The translations under genes and the position numbers were made by a program. This document shows positions 1 to 12,064 of a stretch of DNA of 64,000 nucleotides, piece by piece (the stretch's first letter is position 1; each line of letters opens with the position of its first letter). The notes below the pieces were generated by a model. That model made no database searches. It worked only from the letters and a program-made list of their open reading frames with translations, and was not told the DNA's origin. This DNA is from Lingula anatina (taxonomy: Eukaryota; Animalia; Brachiopoda). Location: NCBI GenBank assembly GCA_051362555.1, contig CM120640.1, positions 2,232,001 to 2,296,000 on the forward strand, written 5' to 3'.

Positions 1-1560
1 CTATTACATAGTGCACTAACTGGGAGATAATGCATTGTAAAAAGCCCTACTGTTTATTAAGTGGTCGCCTTTCAGTCCCAACACGCTGGTGTGTGCACAC
101 ATGCATATATGGCATCCTTATCAACCATATATCATTCTGAAGAAAGCCCATGCAAATAAACCATCAATCTCGATCTTAGAGTTATTTGTTCCATCAGTGA
201 AAGGCTAAAAGCCCAGTGTACATACAGGATGCATATGTATGTTAACAGCAATCTATTAAAGTGAAAAAGTGAAAGTTGATTTAGAAAAGATCCAGAGGGG
301 GTGCCATCTTTTATAAAGGGTGGAGGAATGGGTGGGGGGGGGGGGGGGGCAGTAGTAAGAAAAAGTGTTATTCTGGCCTTATTGTCATTTGTTATTCTGA
401 CCCGCAAAAAATTAGATACCTGTATAAAGAAGTGTCTTCATGTCAAAGGTGGCCTTCATTTGACCAACCATTTGACCAATAAACTTTGGTTAAACAATAT
501 GAAAAATTATTATTTAAAATTGTCCAAAGTATATTGAGTATGCTTCATATTGAGTATATTTCTGTTTAAAAGTTAATTTGGTTCAATAAAAATGCCTACT
601 AGTATTGATCCTATGGTCATATCTCATACCTACGACCCAAAATCCTAGCTCATACCAATGCCCTTAATCTTATCTTTACAGTTCAGGATGACTCATAAAT
701 ATTTTTTCTACGAAACATGCACATTGAAATAATTATTGATATAAGCAACTCAAATATTTCATCAACCAACTAATTTTTTATTTTCTTGGTACACATGAAC
801 ATTGATAATTAAAAATTTCAAAATCTTTGGCATGCTGTACCTTCCAGTGCCCAAGGGATGACTCCTATGACATAACAAGGTATGAAAGGCTTAAAAACTA
901 AATGTGATTTATGTCAATTATTAGAAAACATCAAAATAAAATATTTTTCTCCATAGTGCAGTAATCTAATTAGTGGTCTCAGCAGTACTGCATGGCTCTC
1001 TGATGAATATACTCTAATAATTGTGGTCAATTTGTTTCACTCAAAACCTATTTTCATCTTAATTTAATATCTATATCTTAATCACATCCTGACTTAGTCA
1101 GCCGTGTGATGAAAAGACCCCTGCATAGTCAATAAACCCTGGGCTATATGAGTCAGTGCCAACAAAAATATTAAAAATAGATGCAGATCACCTGTATAAC
1201 CACACAGAAAAATTTTAAATGATTAATAAGCAGCCTAACAGTCTAATGTTATTCCATCTTTTGTTATTCAAATATTTTGCATCTCGTTTGTACTAGGTAG
1301 AATTTTCATTGCCTGTGTCAATAAATTCTTCCCGGATGTGACTAGATCCCACTAGCATTTTAATGTTTGGAAGTGGTCCAAACTGAGGAAAACAAACAAG
1401 GAAGTAAAGTTTTGCCATATACGGTCTTAAAGCAGTACAACTGATATGGGGTGATGTCTTTATGTTGTTCAGTACTAGAATATTCTACGAATAAGCAAAT
1501 CTTGTTCAGTTGACATTCTCAATAATTATCAGTCAGCTTCCTTGAATACTTTCCTGTCAT

Positions 1561-1830
1561 CTTGATAAATTAAGAACAGTCACCCCCAAACAATGCCAAA
1601 AACAAAAGAAATAATGCTACAGCCCCATATAAAAGACCCGCTGTCAGAAGCAAGTTTCAAGAAGCATACTTAAATCAAGAAACGTTCCAGAAAATTTATT
1701 AGCAAATTATATCCAATTTTAGGAATAACATTTTACTTTGATGCAAATTCTGAATGTATGAAAAGAAAAAGATTTACCCCTTCCAGAGGAAAAAGAATAT
1801 AACAGGAGTCCATTGAATAGCATAACAGGT
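1561..1830 (+). promoter_or_regulatory. Putative TATA promoter and non-coding first exon of SH3-DC-STAMP gene A
   Basis: TGATAA (GATA-type site) at ~1563, TATAAAAG at 1628-1635 and donor CAG|GTAAGA at 1829. A matching acceptor TCTCTAG ends at 2573, just before ATG 2585. Confidence 0.5.
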
Positions 1831-2584
1831 AAGATAAGATTATAATCCAGTGTAAAACGTAAATTAATGTAATCTGTAGATAAACTATGGATATGTCAAG
1901 GTACTGTGGATGATTTTAAAATTCTTTTATTAAAAAAGCAAATATTTTAAGGTACATAATTTATCTATATTTAAGTTGCGTTCATTAATTGAAAGCTTGA
2001 GCACAGATTTAACTGAATCATCTTGTTTGATGCTGCACTAATTAAGGAAAACACATAACGTGTAATCAAGGCTTTGACAGTGAGGCAAAACAAAAGGCTT
2101 TTCTTTTAACTTAGAATTATAAATCAAAGAGAATTATATTCACAGTCATAGGGATGTACTCTTGGCATAAAATCATTTAATTCAATCATGGTGACATGAA
2201 AATTGAAAAAAAAAATTAAAATTCAGAAACCCAGTTGAAATACATATCAATTGACCAAAATATATGTATAAAATTAGAGATACATCATCAGTTAATATTA
2301 CTGTAATAAGTAAAAACTGATTTAATAGATTTTCTGAAATATTTAATGGATTTTTTATTTCCAATGACTATGAATCTCAGGGAGTAATCACAGATCTCAA
2401 TTTCTTTCTTATTTCATAAACTTTGAAGTTTGATTTATCTTTTTAAACAAGGAAAATGTAGTTGTGTACAGCTGACCAAGCCATAAAACTCGCATCTTAA
2501 AATACAATGCAAATAAATAAAAGAAAAAAAGAAAAAAAGCCACCTATTTAAAACACATGTTTTTTGTCTCTAGAGCCTACAACC

Positions 2585-5500
2585 ATGAATAAGCTGTACA
2601 AGGTGGTCCATCCATACCACCCTGAACATGATGGTGACCTGCGTCTCCAGCTGGGGGAGACACTGGTAGACGTCACAATACTGGACAATGGCTGGGCCAT
2701 GGGGAGACAACACGGAACTACAACTGTGGGGACTTTTCCCTATGCTTACATCAGCCCTCTTCAACAAGATGGATCTCCGCAAGACGTCAGGGCTTATGTC
2801 AAGATGTCACATGATAGCAAGGCTCCAAAACTCCCTGTTAAAGGGTCAGCGAAGCAGATTGCTCTCAAATTTGGGCGTCAACTGTCCCATAGCCTTCCGA
2901 ACCTTGGGTCAGTTCAAGAACATGCTGGAGAAGTCCACTTGCCACTGACCGGTAAAAAGGCAATAACACCCCAGTATCCCTCTGGAACAAGTGATTACGT
3001 TTCTGATGATGATATGGATGGTGATACAGAACCATATCTTGGTCCAAGAATGTCCATTCCAAATGGACTGGAGAAACATTCAAAATCTGTCAGCTCGCTA
3101 CTTCTCAGCAAGCTCTCTGAGAGTGTTGAAGTGTTGAACGAGACCAAAAAGAAACTTTTTCAAAGTGACAGAGGGGAATACAAGAAACTCAAATCCACCT
3201 GTGGAGCAGTATGTGGTGTTCTGCTTGGGGTCGCTCTGTTTCTAGGCTGTCACTATGGTATTGGCTATGATGTCATTACTGCAGCAGTGATCAGTGGCAT
3301 TTCAGCAATAATCATGGCCGCAGGATTTGCAGCCTCAGTTCACTGTCGCTGTATTGCCGCTCTGATGATACCAAATTTATGCACGGGCAAGGGACGAGCT
3401 GCCATCTTGTCTGTCATCATGACACTCCTTTTGATTGGTCCAGTCACCAATATTTTCACCAATGCACAAGAGGCATCCGCCTCCATGAGTTGCAGCGCAG
3501 ATCTTGCCTATAATCAGAGCAAGGTGATTCAAGGTCTGTTAAAGAAACCCATCGAGGCTGTTATTGACCAGATGAAGATGACCGCCCAGACGCTGCAGGG
3601 GATAGCTGATCAGGTCCACAGTGGGTTCAGTCCAGTGGAAGATGGACTCACAGTTGTTAAGGGCGGGTTGACTGAGGGATCTGAGGCGCTTGGTGCAGCA
3701 GTCCAAGTAAGATACACATCTGAATTATCCCATCTGTCTTTTCAGTGCATTTGACTTTCTTCCTTGAAAGTGTGCATAATCCTTTTTTCCCTACAATCTT
3801 GTCACTAGACTTCTCTCTACTTTTTCTATCAAATTATAACTCGTGTATTTTGTTTGTGTAAATCATTTGCATTAAAACATATGTCATTGGAGGTTGTAAA
3901 TAATTTATATATTACTAATCGCACATCAGTTATCCCCTTTATCTTATTTCAATACTTTCTAAAATTTTGCTTCATTTCCCATAAGTGACAGTAACTGTTT
4001 TTCTTTTTTAATCTGGTCACCAGATTTTTTTAAAAAATTATCCAAAAAATTACAATCAAATTGATCATTTGTGTTAAAAAGGTTTCTTATAGGTTGTAAG
4101 TAACTTTTTAAATAAGTTTGTTTATCATGCCATCCATATGCCATATCTCAAGTTGGGTCAATTGAAGAGGTAAAAATTTCCCTTTTTTTGCATAAAAAGA
4201 CCACTATTACTTTGGAATTGCCAGATACAGGCTTGTATTGTCCTTTTACTTTCTTTTCAGAAATGCAAAGAACTGCTTAACACTGCCTACACCGAGTGCA
4301 ATAATGGCATCAACAAAGTCTACCAAGACTGCAGGGCAAAGCTGAGTATCGCCAGTGGCGTGTGTGAAGTGGTGAACGTTGGCCAATTATGTACTCCTCT
4401 CAATACCAACACGGTAAACCGTGTCTGTGAATCCCCCAAGGTAGTCGATCAGGCAATCAACATCGCCATAGGGAAAACCAAGGAAGCCTTAGATGACTTT
4501 CAGAATTTCTTTGTATTTGATGTTGCTTTTGGAAACATCCTCTCCGCAAGTGCCAATACTTCTAAAACTGTGACCGACATTCAGGAAGCCGTGAAGGCAG
4601 AATTCAAAGCTTCAACCAATTGGATTATGCAAGTTGTACATATATTAGGAGTATTATTCTCCTTCTCTGTTCTTCTGTTATTTTTTCAATCATATTTCTA
4701 CCTAAAACAATACCTCAAGAAAGACAAGTACGACAATATCTACATTACTCACAAATTCAAATACCTAGATGAGAAAAGAAAAACTCAGGGAAAAGAGACC
4801 ATTCTGCCACTGAAGAAAAGAGAAAAGAAATACCTTACGGATACCACCTCTCTTTGGTTTTCACCCGCAGAAAAGTCGCAGCTGTTTGTGGGTCTTGTTT
4901 CAGTTTTAATTCATGCCATCATGGCTGGTATCGTCTGCTTCTTTGACTACGCTCTTTACTGGTTGCTCAGTGTCATCTCAAAGCACGGCAATGTTGACTT
5001 TGAAGTGTCTGGAAAACAAGAGGTCAATTTTTCAATTGAAGGACATGGAATACTTGCACATTTCTTTCGTACTTTTATTCAGGGTTTTCAATCAAATAAC
5101 AATTACAATAGCTCTGTGTCTACGACAGTGTGTCTTCCTGAAGCTTCTGCTCCAAAATTAGGTATAGATATCGCCATACTTGTCATTTACATTATTGCCA
5201 TACTTTTAGTCTTTCTTCAAGCATACGGTCTCAGGATCCGCCACAAGATAGTAGCTTATTTTTATCCAGAGAGAGAACTCTCGAGAATTATATATCTGTA
5301 TAATCAAACCATGCATAAAAGAAAAGGCATACTGAAAGCTTTAGCAGACAAACTCAAGCGAGATAACAAGACTGATATCTCAAAAAAAAACATCAGCATC
5401 ACGGAGACACTTGCAGTAAAAATCCCCTGCTTGAAAACTATCTTTCAAGTTACTGGTGTCAAAAAAACCTTGTGTATTTCCTGTGCCACTGGGGAGGCTA

Positions 5501-5658
5501 GGGGGGACATGTATAAATGCCCTACAGTCAGATGCCCAGGGGTTTACTGCAGGGAGTGTTACATGGACCTCAAGCAGGGCTGTCCCATATGTGATGAAAT
5601 GCTGATTGCAGATGAAGTTGTTCATCCTGATGACTTAGAAATAGTTGTTAGTCCATAA
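2585..5658 (+). CDS. SH3 + DC-STAMP-domain (DCST1/DCST2/sneaky/SPE-42-like) multipass protein with C-terminal RING-like finger, paralogue A; exons 2585-3706 and 4261-5658, ~839 aa
   Basis: N-terminal SH3 (YKVVHPY..DLRLQLGE..NGWAMG..GTFPYAY). Hydrophobic TM segments with DC-STAMP motifs (HCRCIAALMIPNLCTGKGR, GPVTNI, YLKKDKYDNIYIT, ILPLKKRE, AYGLRIRHKIVAYFYPERE). C-terminal CxxC..C..C..CxxC..CxxC. A phase-0 GT-AG intron at 3707-4260 joins the two ORFs in frame. Confidence 0.88.
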
Positions 5659-6610
5659 GTTTATTCTACCTCACTGTCTTCTCTTAGAGTTAAATTAAAT
5701 GTCCATGTAAATTATTTTCTGTAACAATATTCTGTGATAAGTCTTCAAGACGCACAATATACTGCTGTAGCACTATTACAGTATTCAAGTTGTTTTTTTA
5801 CATCATTTTTTTTTACATCTGCTCATTCACAGAAACTGCATGTGTACTACCGGCAGTGCATCACTTTCAAAATGTAAATATTATAAATATGTATATAGGT
5901 TTATATCAAGAGACAGAATGAAATTAATATTATTTGAGTATGTAAGACTGAGAACATTTAAAGAGTTTATTTTCTATTGATTTTACTATATTTATATATT
6001 TAACTAGCCACAATTAACACATATTTATGGTGCATCATGATAGATTTACAGGATTGCATCACTTAGTTTCTGTCATTTTGTATTTTAATCCATTCATAGC
6101 AATAAAATGACTTTTGGATGACATCTGAACTTTATTTAAGACCTACAAAGCAACTTTGGTTTCAGTTTTAGGAAATTTTGACAACAACATAAGTAATAAT
6201 GTTTGTTTAAATCCCTTTAGAAAATATTACTCATATGTTTTCCTATCTAGACCACTGAATTAAGTTTTAGAAGGTTTTTGTCCTCAATTATTGTGCAAAG
6301 TATGAATAATCTTATATTATATTCAGCTACATTTGGCTATTTTTTTCTTATTAGTCATACATAAATTTTTTTGCAGTTGGGCCAAGGTTAAATAAAATAA
6401 AAAGTAAATGTGTTGTTTAAACATAAAATGCAATACAAATGTACAAACAATCAAAACTTGCTGCTTGCTATCCAGGAAAGCACTAAAATTCCCATGTGTC
6501 AATCTTTGGTGTTTCACTTTCATATTTAACAGTGCCCATTTACTTGTGTAAACAGAAGCATGAGGTCATGATACCCAAAATTCAGATCATGATGTGCATG
6601 GAAAATACTC

Positions 6611-6640
6611 CTTGATAAGCAGGGTATATATAAAAGTTAT
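6611..6640 (+). promoter_or_regulatory. Putative TATA promoter of SH3-DC-STAMP gene B
   Basis: TGATAAG at ~6613 and TATATATAAAAG at 6625-6636, ~80 bp upstream of an ATG-bearing mini-exon. Confidence 0.55.
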
Positions 6641-6712
6641 TGCTCCTAGCTGGAGACATAACAGACCCCAGGGCAACGATCGGCAGCACTCAGTCTTATT
6701 TCTCAAGAAAAC

Positions 6713-9700
6713 ATGGATGCTGAAACAGAAAGGTATACTGTTTTCTTGAAGGTGTTTACTAGTAGATAATACGTACAGTGCATACTTCACGGTTGACTTC
6801 ATTTCTATAGGTATCACCCTGGCTTAAGCCATGGATTAAAAAATGATTAACCAGAATTAAAACATTTAAACAGTGTAAATTCTGATTCCTTATTTCAACT
6901 AGAATTCAATTTGAGAAATCTACATAATGAAATATTTTTACACAGAAACAAATTTTAAAATGTAGCCTAGGTAACTAACTTTAGTTAAAAAGATTTTTTT
7001 AAAGCTCACAAAGATATTGGCAAATTTTCTTCTATCAAATATTTTTTTTCTTTAAAGACAAAACTAGCAAATTTCAAATAAAACAAGTTTTTTAAAATAT
7101 GGATTTCTTTGTAATTGCCTGAAACAAAGCTGTATCATTTACCGTATACACAGTATTTTAACTACCATGAAAACATTCCAGATTTGATGAAGTGGATGGA
7201 AGAATCTATCAAGCCATCAAGACACACACACCCAAACATGACTATGAACTCCGCCTCAGCAAAGGAGAACTCCTGACTAATGTCAAGAACCTCTCTAATG
7301 ATGCAAACTGGGCAGAAGGTACCAGCTTGGGGCAACAAAAAACAGGTCTGTTTCCCCTTGCTGCTGTTAGAGAATATAAAAAGAAAAAAGCCAATAAGCT
7401 GAAGGTGGGTGGAAATGAAATTCAAAAGCCATTAAAACAAACTGAAGAAGACCAGAGGCCTACTTCTAGTAAATGTAACCACAGATCAGCTAACAGAGGT
7501 TCAATTGCAGTCCACTTCCGCTCCCCAAACAAGCCCCATGTTAAAATGAATCAGGCACCCAAACTTAAAGGACCAAACTCACTGAACACAGAAGATCCCC
7601 AGAAGCTAGACTCAGCATATCTTCACATGGGTGATGTTGCCAGTATTCCTGTCAAGATATGCACTGGACACAAAGTATCATACGTTAATGAAGGACATGC
7701 TGAGACAGATGTCAACTCATATGTAACTGGCCCAGAAGGATGCCTTGACCACACGCAAGATGCCCGTGAGTCAGCTGCCTCAATGCCCTCAGCAAGAAAT
7801 AGCACATTTGGTGATTTCGGGGATGAGAACTCGCAAGTGTCATCAGATGTAACAGAAAAAGCTGCCCTGGACACCATTGCGCCCGTCCACTGCACCTCTT
7901 ACCCTGACCCCTACATCAATGTCAAACAGGTGGATCCAGATCAAGTTAGAGAAAGAGAACAGATCAAAGAACTTCAAGATAATAGTACTCCACAATCCTC
8001 CCGCAAACGATCAACTGAGAGAAGAGATCAAGCAACACCACGTCATCTTTCAAAGAGGCAGGTCTTACAAGCCACTAAAACGCCACTACAAATGCTGAAC
8101 AAAAAACTCATCAGAAGTCCAAGAGGAAAACACAGAAAGTTCAAGTCGTTTACAGGTGCCCTTGTCGGTGGCTTATTAGGTGCCGTATTATATTTTGCTT
8201 GTTACTATGCCATAGGTTACAGCCTGGTGATATCGTGTATTATTGCTGGGTTATCTACTATTTTCATGTCTGTTGGCTTTGCTATTTCTGTGCATTGTCG
8301 TTGCATTGCTTTGCTTATGATCCCAGGTCTCTGCACCACCAGGGGGCGGGCAGCAACACTGTCAATCATTATGACTTTGCTGCTCAATGGACCAATCACA
8401 AATATCTTTGAAAATGGCGAACAGACAAGTCAGATGGTAACGTGCACTGCAAGTAAGCTACAAGAGCAAGCAGAGCTCATGCAAAAATGTGTTGAAGAAC
8501 AAATTGAGGCAATCACTGAAGAATTCAGAGAAACCTTGAAAAAGACCTTTGACACTATCAACAAAACTACAAATAAACTAAGAGAAAAATATAAGAGTAT
8601 AGCGCAAACTTTATCTAGAATCAAGAGTGACCTTGGCTTTCTAGCTATCTTTTTTAACATAAATACTCCGGGTATACCTGAAGAAATTAAAAAACAATTT
8701 GAATTCAGTGCAGAACTTTCTGCTTCATTTGGATTATCCACAAATTCTTCCAAAGATCCACAGGAAGTTGAAAGGGCCATTAAATCTGAACTCAAAAGAG
8801 CCACTGACTATGCAGCTCAGTTTTCTACTTTGCTCACCAAACTTATGTCTTTTGCAGTTCTCCTTCTTTTCTTTCAATCTTACTGGTACCTCAAGCAGTA
8901 CTTACAAAATGATAAGTTTGACAATCTGTACATAACAAAAGGTTTTAAGGCCCTCGATGAAAAAAGAAAGCAGAAACAAAGTAGAGAAATAATTCTTCCA
9001 CTTAAAAAGAAAGAGGCTAAATACCTAATTGATACCACTGCCATTTGCCTCTCTCCAGCAGAAAAGTGGAAATTTGCCCAAGGTTTGGTCCTGCTGTTGG
9101 TGCATTGTTTGCTGGCAGGTATCATCCAATTCTTTGATTTTGCCCTTTTCTGGCTTTTGTCTAAAATACAAAAACATGGAAGGGTTGACTTTGATATTGG
9201 TTTTCCATACAATCTAACATCCAAGATCTCTGGAGAGGGTGCAGTGGCTAATGGTTTGAAAGAAGAGTGGCCGACTACCGACACATCTAGAAATACATCA
9301 TTTATAAATATATCCACAGCAGAATGCCTCCCAAACCCATCTCCACCCAACTATAATGTGCTCTATGGAATACTTGCTATCTACACATTTGCTTTGTTTA
9401 TCACCTTGCTACAGGCTTATGGCTTAAGACTTCGTCACAAGATTGTTGCTTTCTTTTACCCAGAACGCGAAAGGGCAAGGGTGGTTATCCTGTACAACAA
9501 GCTATTAAAGAAGAGACAAAGCTTAAGAGCTGTTTTTCGACAAAAACTGAAAGGGGAAAATGAACCAGACCTTTCAAAAAAGAACATCAAAGTGATGCAG
9601 GTGTTGGCAGAGAAGGTGCCATGTTTAAAAAGACTTGCACATAAGAAGTACTGTCTATCATGTGATACTCTCTGTGACGACTCATGTACTATATGTGACA

Positions 9701-9864
9701 CACCGCACTGCACTGGAGTATACTGCCCAGAGTGTTATGGTGACTTAGACTACTGCTGCCCTCTGTGTGATGACACAGTAATTATAGAAAACCAAATTAG
9801 TGAAGATGAGCTCAACTTGGGCGGTGGAGACAATCAGCAAAAGGAGGCACATATGATTTTATAA
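6713..9864 (+). CDS. SH3 + DC-STAMP-domain + RING-like protein, paralogue B; exons 6713-6732 and 7182-9864, ~900 aa
   Basis: The 890-aa ORF has an SH3 (YQAIKTH..ELRLSKGE..NWAEG..GLFPLAAV), the same DC-STAMP motifs as gene A, and a Cys-rich C-terminus. Mini-exon ATGGATGCTGAAACAGAAAG|GT (phase 2) splices in frame to CCAG|A at 7182. Confidence 0.88.
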
Positions 9865-10025
9865 GGTCTGACCATTTGAATGCTTAACTGAATATTGCAT
9901 ACAAATAGTTTAACATTTATGCCTAGAGCATGATTAGCTCTGAGATCCTGTGCATAGACTTTTTAACAAAATTAATGGACATTTATTACTAGTAAGAAAT
10001 GTTATATAAATAGCAAAATCCTTTT

Positions 10026-10027
<2 letters not shown>

Positions 10028-10067
<40 letters not shown>
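10028..10067. repeat. poly-T tract
   Basis: About 40 consecutive T downstream of gene B. Confidence 0.9.
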
Positions 10068-10068
<1 letters not shown>

Positions 10069-11035
10069 TTGTAAATATCCTGAAACTGACTAATTTGTAA
10101 ATACTTATTTTTACATCAGATTGTCATATTTTATCCTAGCTCATTCATACTACTCTAAATTGTAATTTTTCTCTGTAATTAATATCTTGTACCTATATAT
10201 ATATATAATAACCACAGCTGCTATTGAGATAATTTTAAGACATTTTTGTAAATTCAATCAAATAATGCATATAGAAGGAGGATACCTTGTTCACATACAC
10301 ATGTAAAGTATTGTTAGAATAAAAAAATATTACAATTGAAACTGTACATCATTATCACAACATTAATTGAAATACTGGGTACTTACATGCACTTAATTTT
10401 TTAAAAAATTAATGCGTTAACCATATCAAAAGTAATCAACTTTAGGTGCGCCAGACTGCACGACGATCTGACCACGTGACCGTAATTTGTCAACATTTCA
10501 GCCTGTACACCCGGTACATGTAAACCTGTCTGCTTTCAAGTTTCATGTACAGATCTATAACAAGATCATCTATATACTCCACTATAAGAATCCGATAAAA
10601 CTTTTGATTCTTGAAATCCGAGTGCACTTCCGTTTACATTTCTTTTGCATAACATATGAACTATGACATGAAAACTCTTTCGTTACACAAGCTGTCAATT
10701 TTCAGAATTAACTTTGTCATTCTTGCCTTTAATTGCTCAATTTTTCGGAAATACCTCACCAGAAATACCGCTTGGGCTTTTAGTTTCACTTTTTGTTTTT
10801 TCCCACTCATGGAGTATTGAAAGCTTGATTTCGATTGGACATTTCACAAGACTTGCAACGCTAGTTGGCATTGGTGAAATCTATGTGAAGTTACCGTGAC
10901 CTTCAGGCCTCGTTTTCAAAGATTTAATGTTGTTTTGCAGATAGTGAAAATGAGACTGTAAAATGGAGTATCGGCAATGGCATTAACCTTTGGTCGACGA
11001 GCTCAGCAGGTGAAATTCTGAAACTTACTTTGGTA

Positions 11036-12064
11036 ATGTCGGCTGACAAATCTTTGCGAGAAGCCGTCAGACAAAATTTGGGGAACTGGCTGAAAAAGTT
11101 GGATTGCGGTGGTGACGTAGAAAAACAATTAGCCTTCAAAAAGCGATTAATTGCTAAGCTGAAAAGCTCACCTGTAATTGCTATTGAGACCACGACGGCG
11201 AACCAGCAGCACTACGAAGTACCTACCGAGTTCTACAAGGCCTGTTTGGGGAAAAGACTCAAATACAGCAGCTGCTTCTGGCCACCCGGAACGCAGACGC
11301 TTGAACAGGCCGAAGACGCTGGCTTGAAACAAATATGTGAACGAGCTCAGTTGCAAGATGGACAGCGAGTGTTGGACCTCGGTTGCGGCTGGGGATCTTT
11401 GGGGTTGTACATTTGCGAGAAGTTTCCCAACTGCCAAGTTACATGCGTCTCCAACTCGCGGACGCAGCGTGAGCACATACAACGAGAGGCAGAGAAAAGA
11501 GGGTTTGGTCGGCGACTTCAGGCCATTACTTGTGATGCCAATGTCTACAACACTGAGACCAGGTTTGACCGTGTTATATCTATAGAGATGATGGAACATA
11601 TGAAGAATTTGGAGAAACTGCTGGAGAGAGTGGCCTCTTGGCTTAAACCGGACGGGCTTCTCCTCACCCAAATCCTCTGCCATCGTAGCTTTCCATATGA
11701 ATTTGATGTGCGAAAAGGGTCTGACACTGAATGGATGGCCAGAAATTTCTTCTCTGGGGGAACAATGCAGTCTGCGGACTTATTTCTCTACTTCCAGAAA
11801 GATTTGCAAGTTATTGATCAGTGGATCATGAATGGGAAGCATTATACAAAGACTTTAGAGGCATGGCTGGAGAGACTGGATCAAAATATCGATACTGTGA
11901 AGAGTATATTGAAGGAAACTTACGACAGTGAAGCAGATCAGAACCTCTTCAACTGGAGAATGTTCTTCATGTTTACTGCCGAAGTATTTGGATACAAAGA
12001 TGGAAATGAATGGCTGCTTGCCTTCCATCTGTTCAGAAAGCGTCCAGTCCAGAGTATGCTGTAA
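11036..12064 (+). CDS. Class I SAM-dependent methyltransferase, cyclopropane-fatty-acid synthase (CMAS) / (S)-coclaurine N-methyltransferase-like family; single coding exon, ~342 aa
   Basis: Family motifs ANQQHYEVP, LGKRLKYSSC, SAM-binding VLDLGCGWGS, SNSRTQ, SIEMMEHMKN, WMARNFFSGG, NGKHY.KTLEAW and WRMFF..AEVFGY. First ATG is at 11036. Confidence 0.88.
   Translation: MSADKSLREAVRQNLGNWLKKLDCGGDVEKQLAFKKRLIAKLKSSPVIAIETTTANQQHYEVPTEFYKACLGKRLKYSSCFWPPGTQTLEQAEDAGLKQICERAQLQDGQRVLDLGCGWGSLGLYICEKFPNCQVTCVSNSRTQREHIQREAEKRGFGRRLQAITCDANVYNTETRFDRVISIEMMEHMKNLEKLLERVASWLKPDGLLLTQILCHRSFPYEFDVRKGSDTEWMARNFFSGGTMQSADLFLYFQKDLQVIDQWIMNGKHYTKTLEAWLERLDQNIDTVKSILKETYDSEADQNLFNWRMFFMFTAEVFGYKDGNEWLLAFHLFRKRPVQSML

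Noticed and set aside
132-537. Poly-Pro / poly-Gly ORFs
   Set aside because: Produced by a G homopolymer; no other coding signal.
11030-12064. Bacterial contamination as the source of the methyltransferase ORF
   Set aside because: It is embedded in continuous AT-rich eukaryotic sequence with an upstream splice acceptor (~10940) and no operon neighbours.
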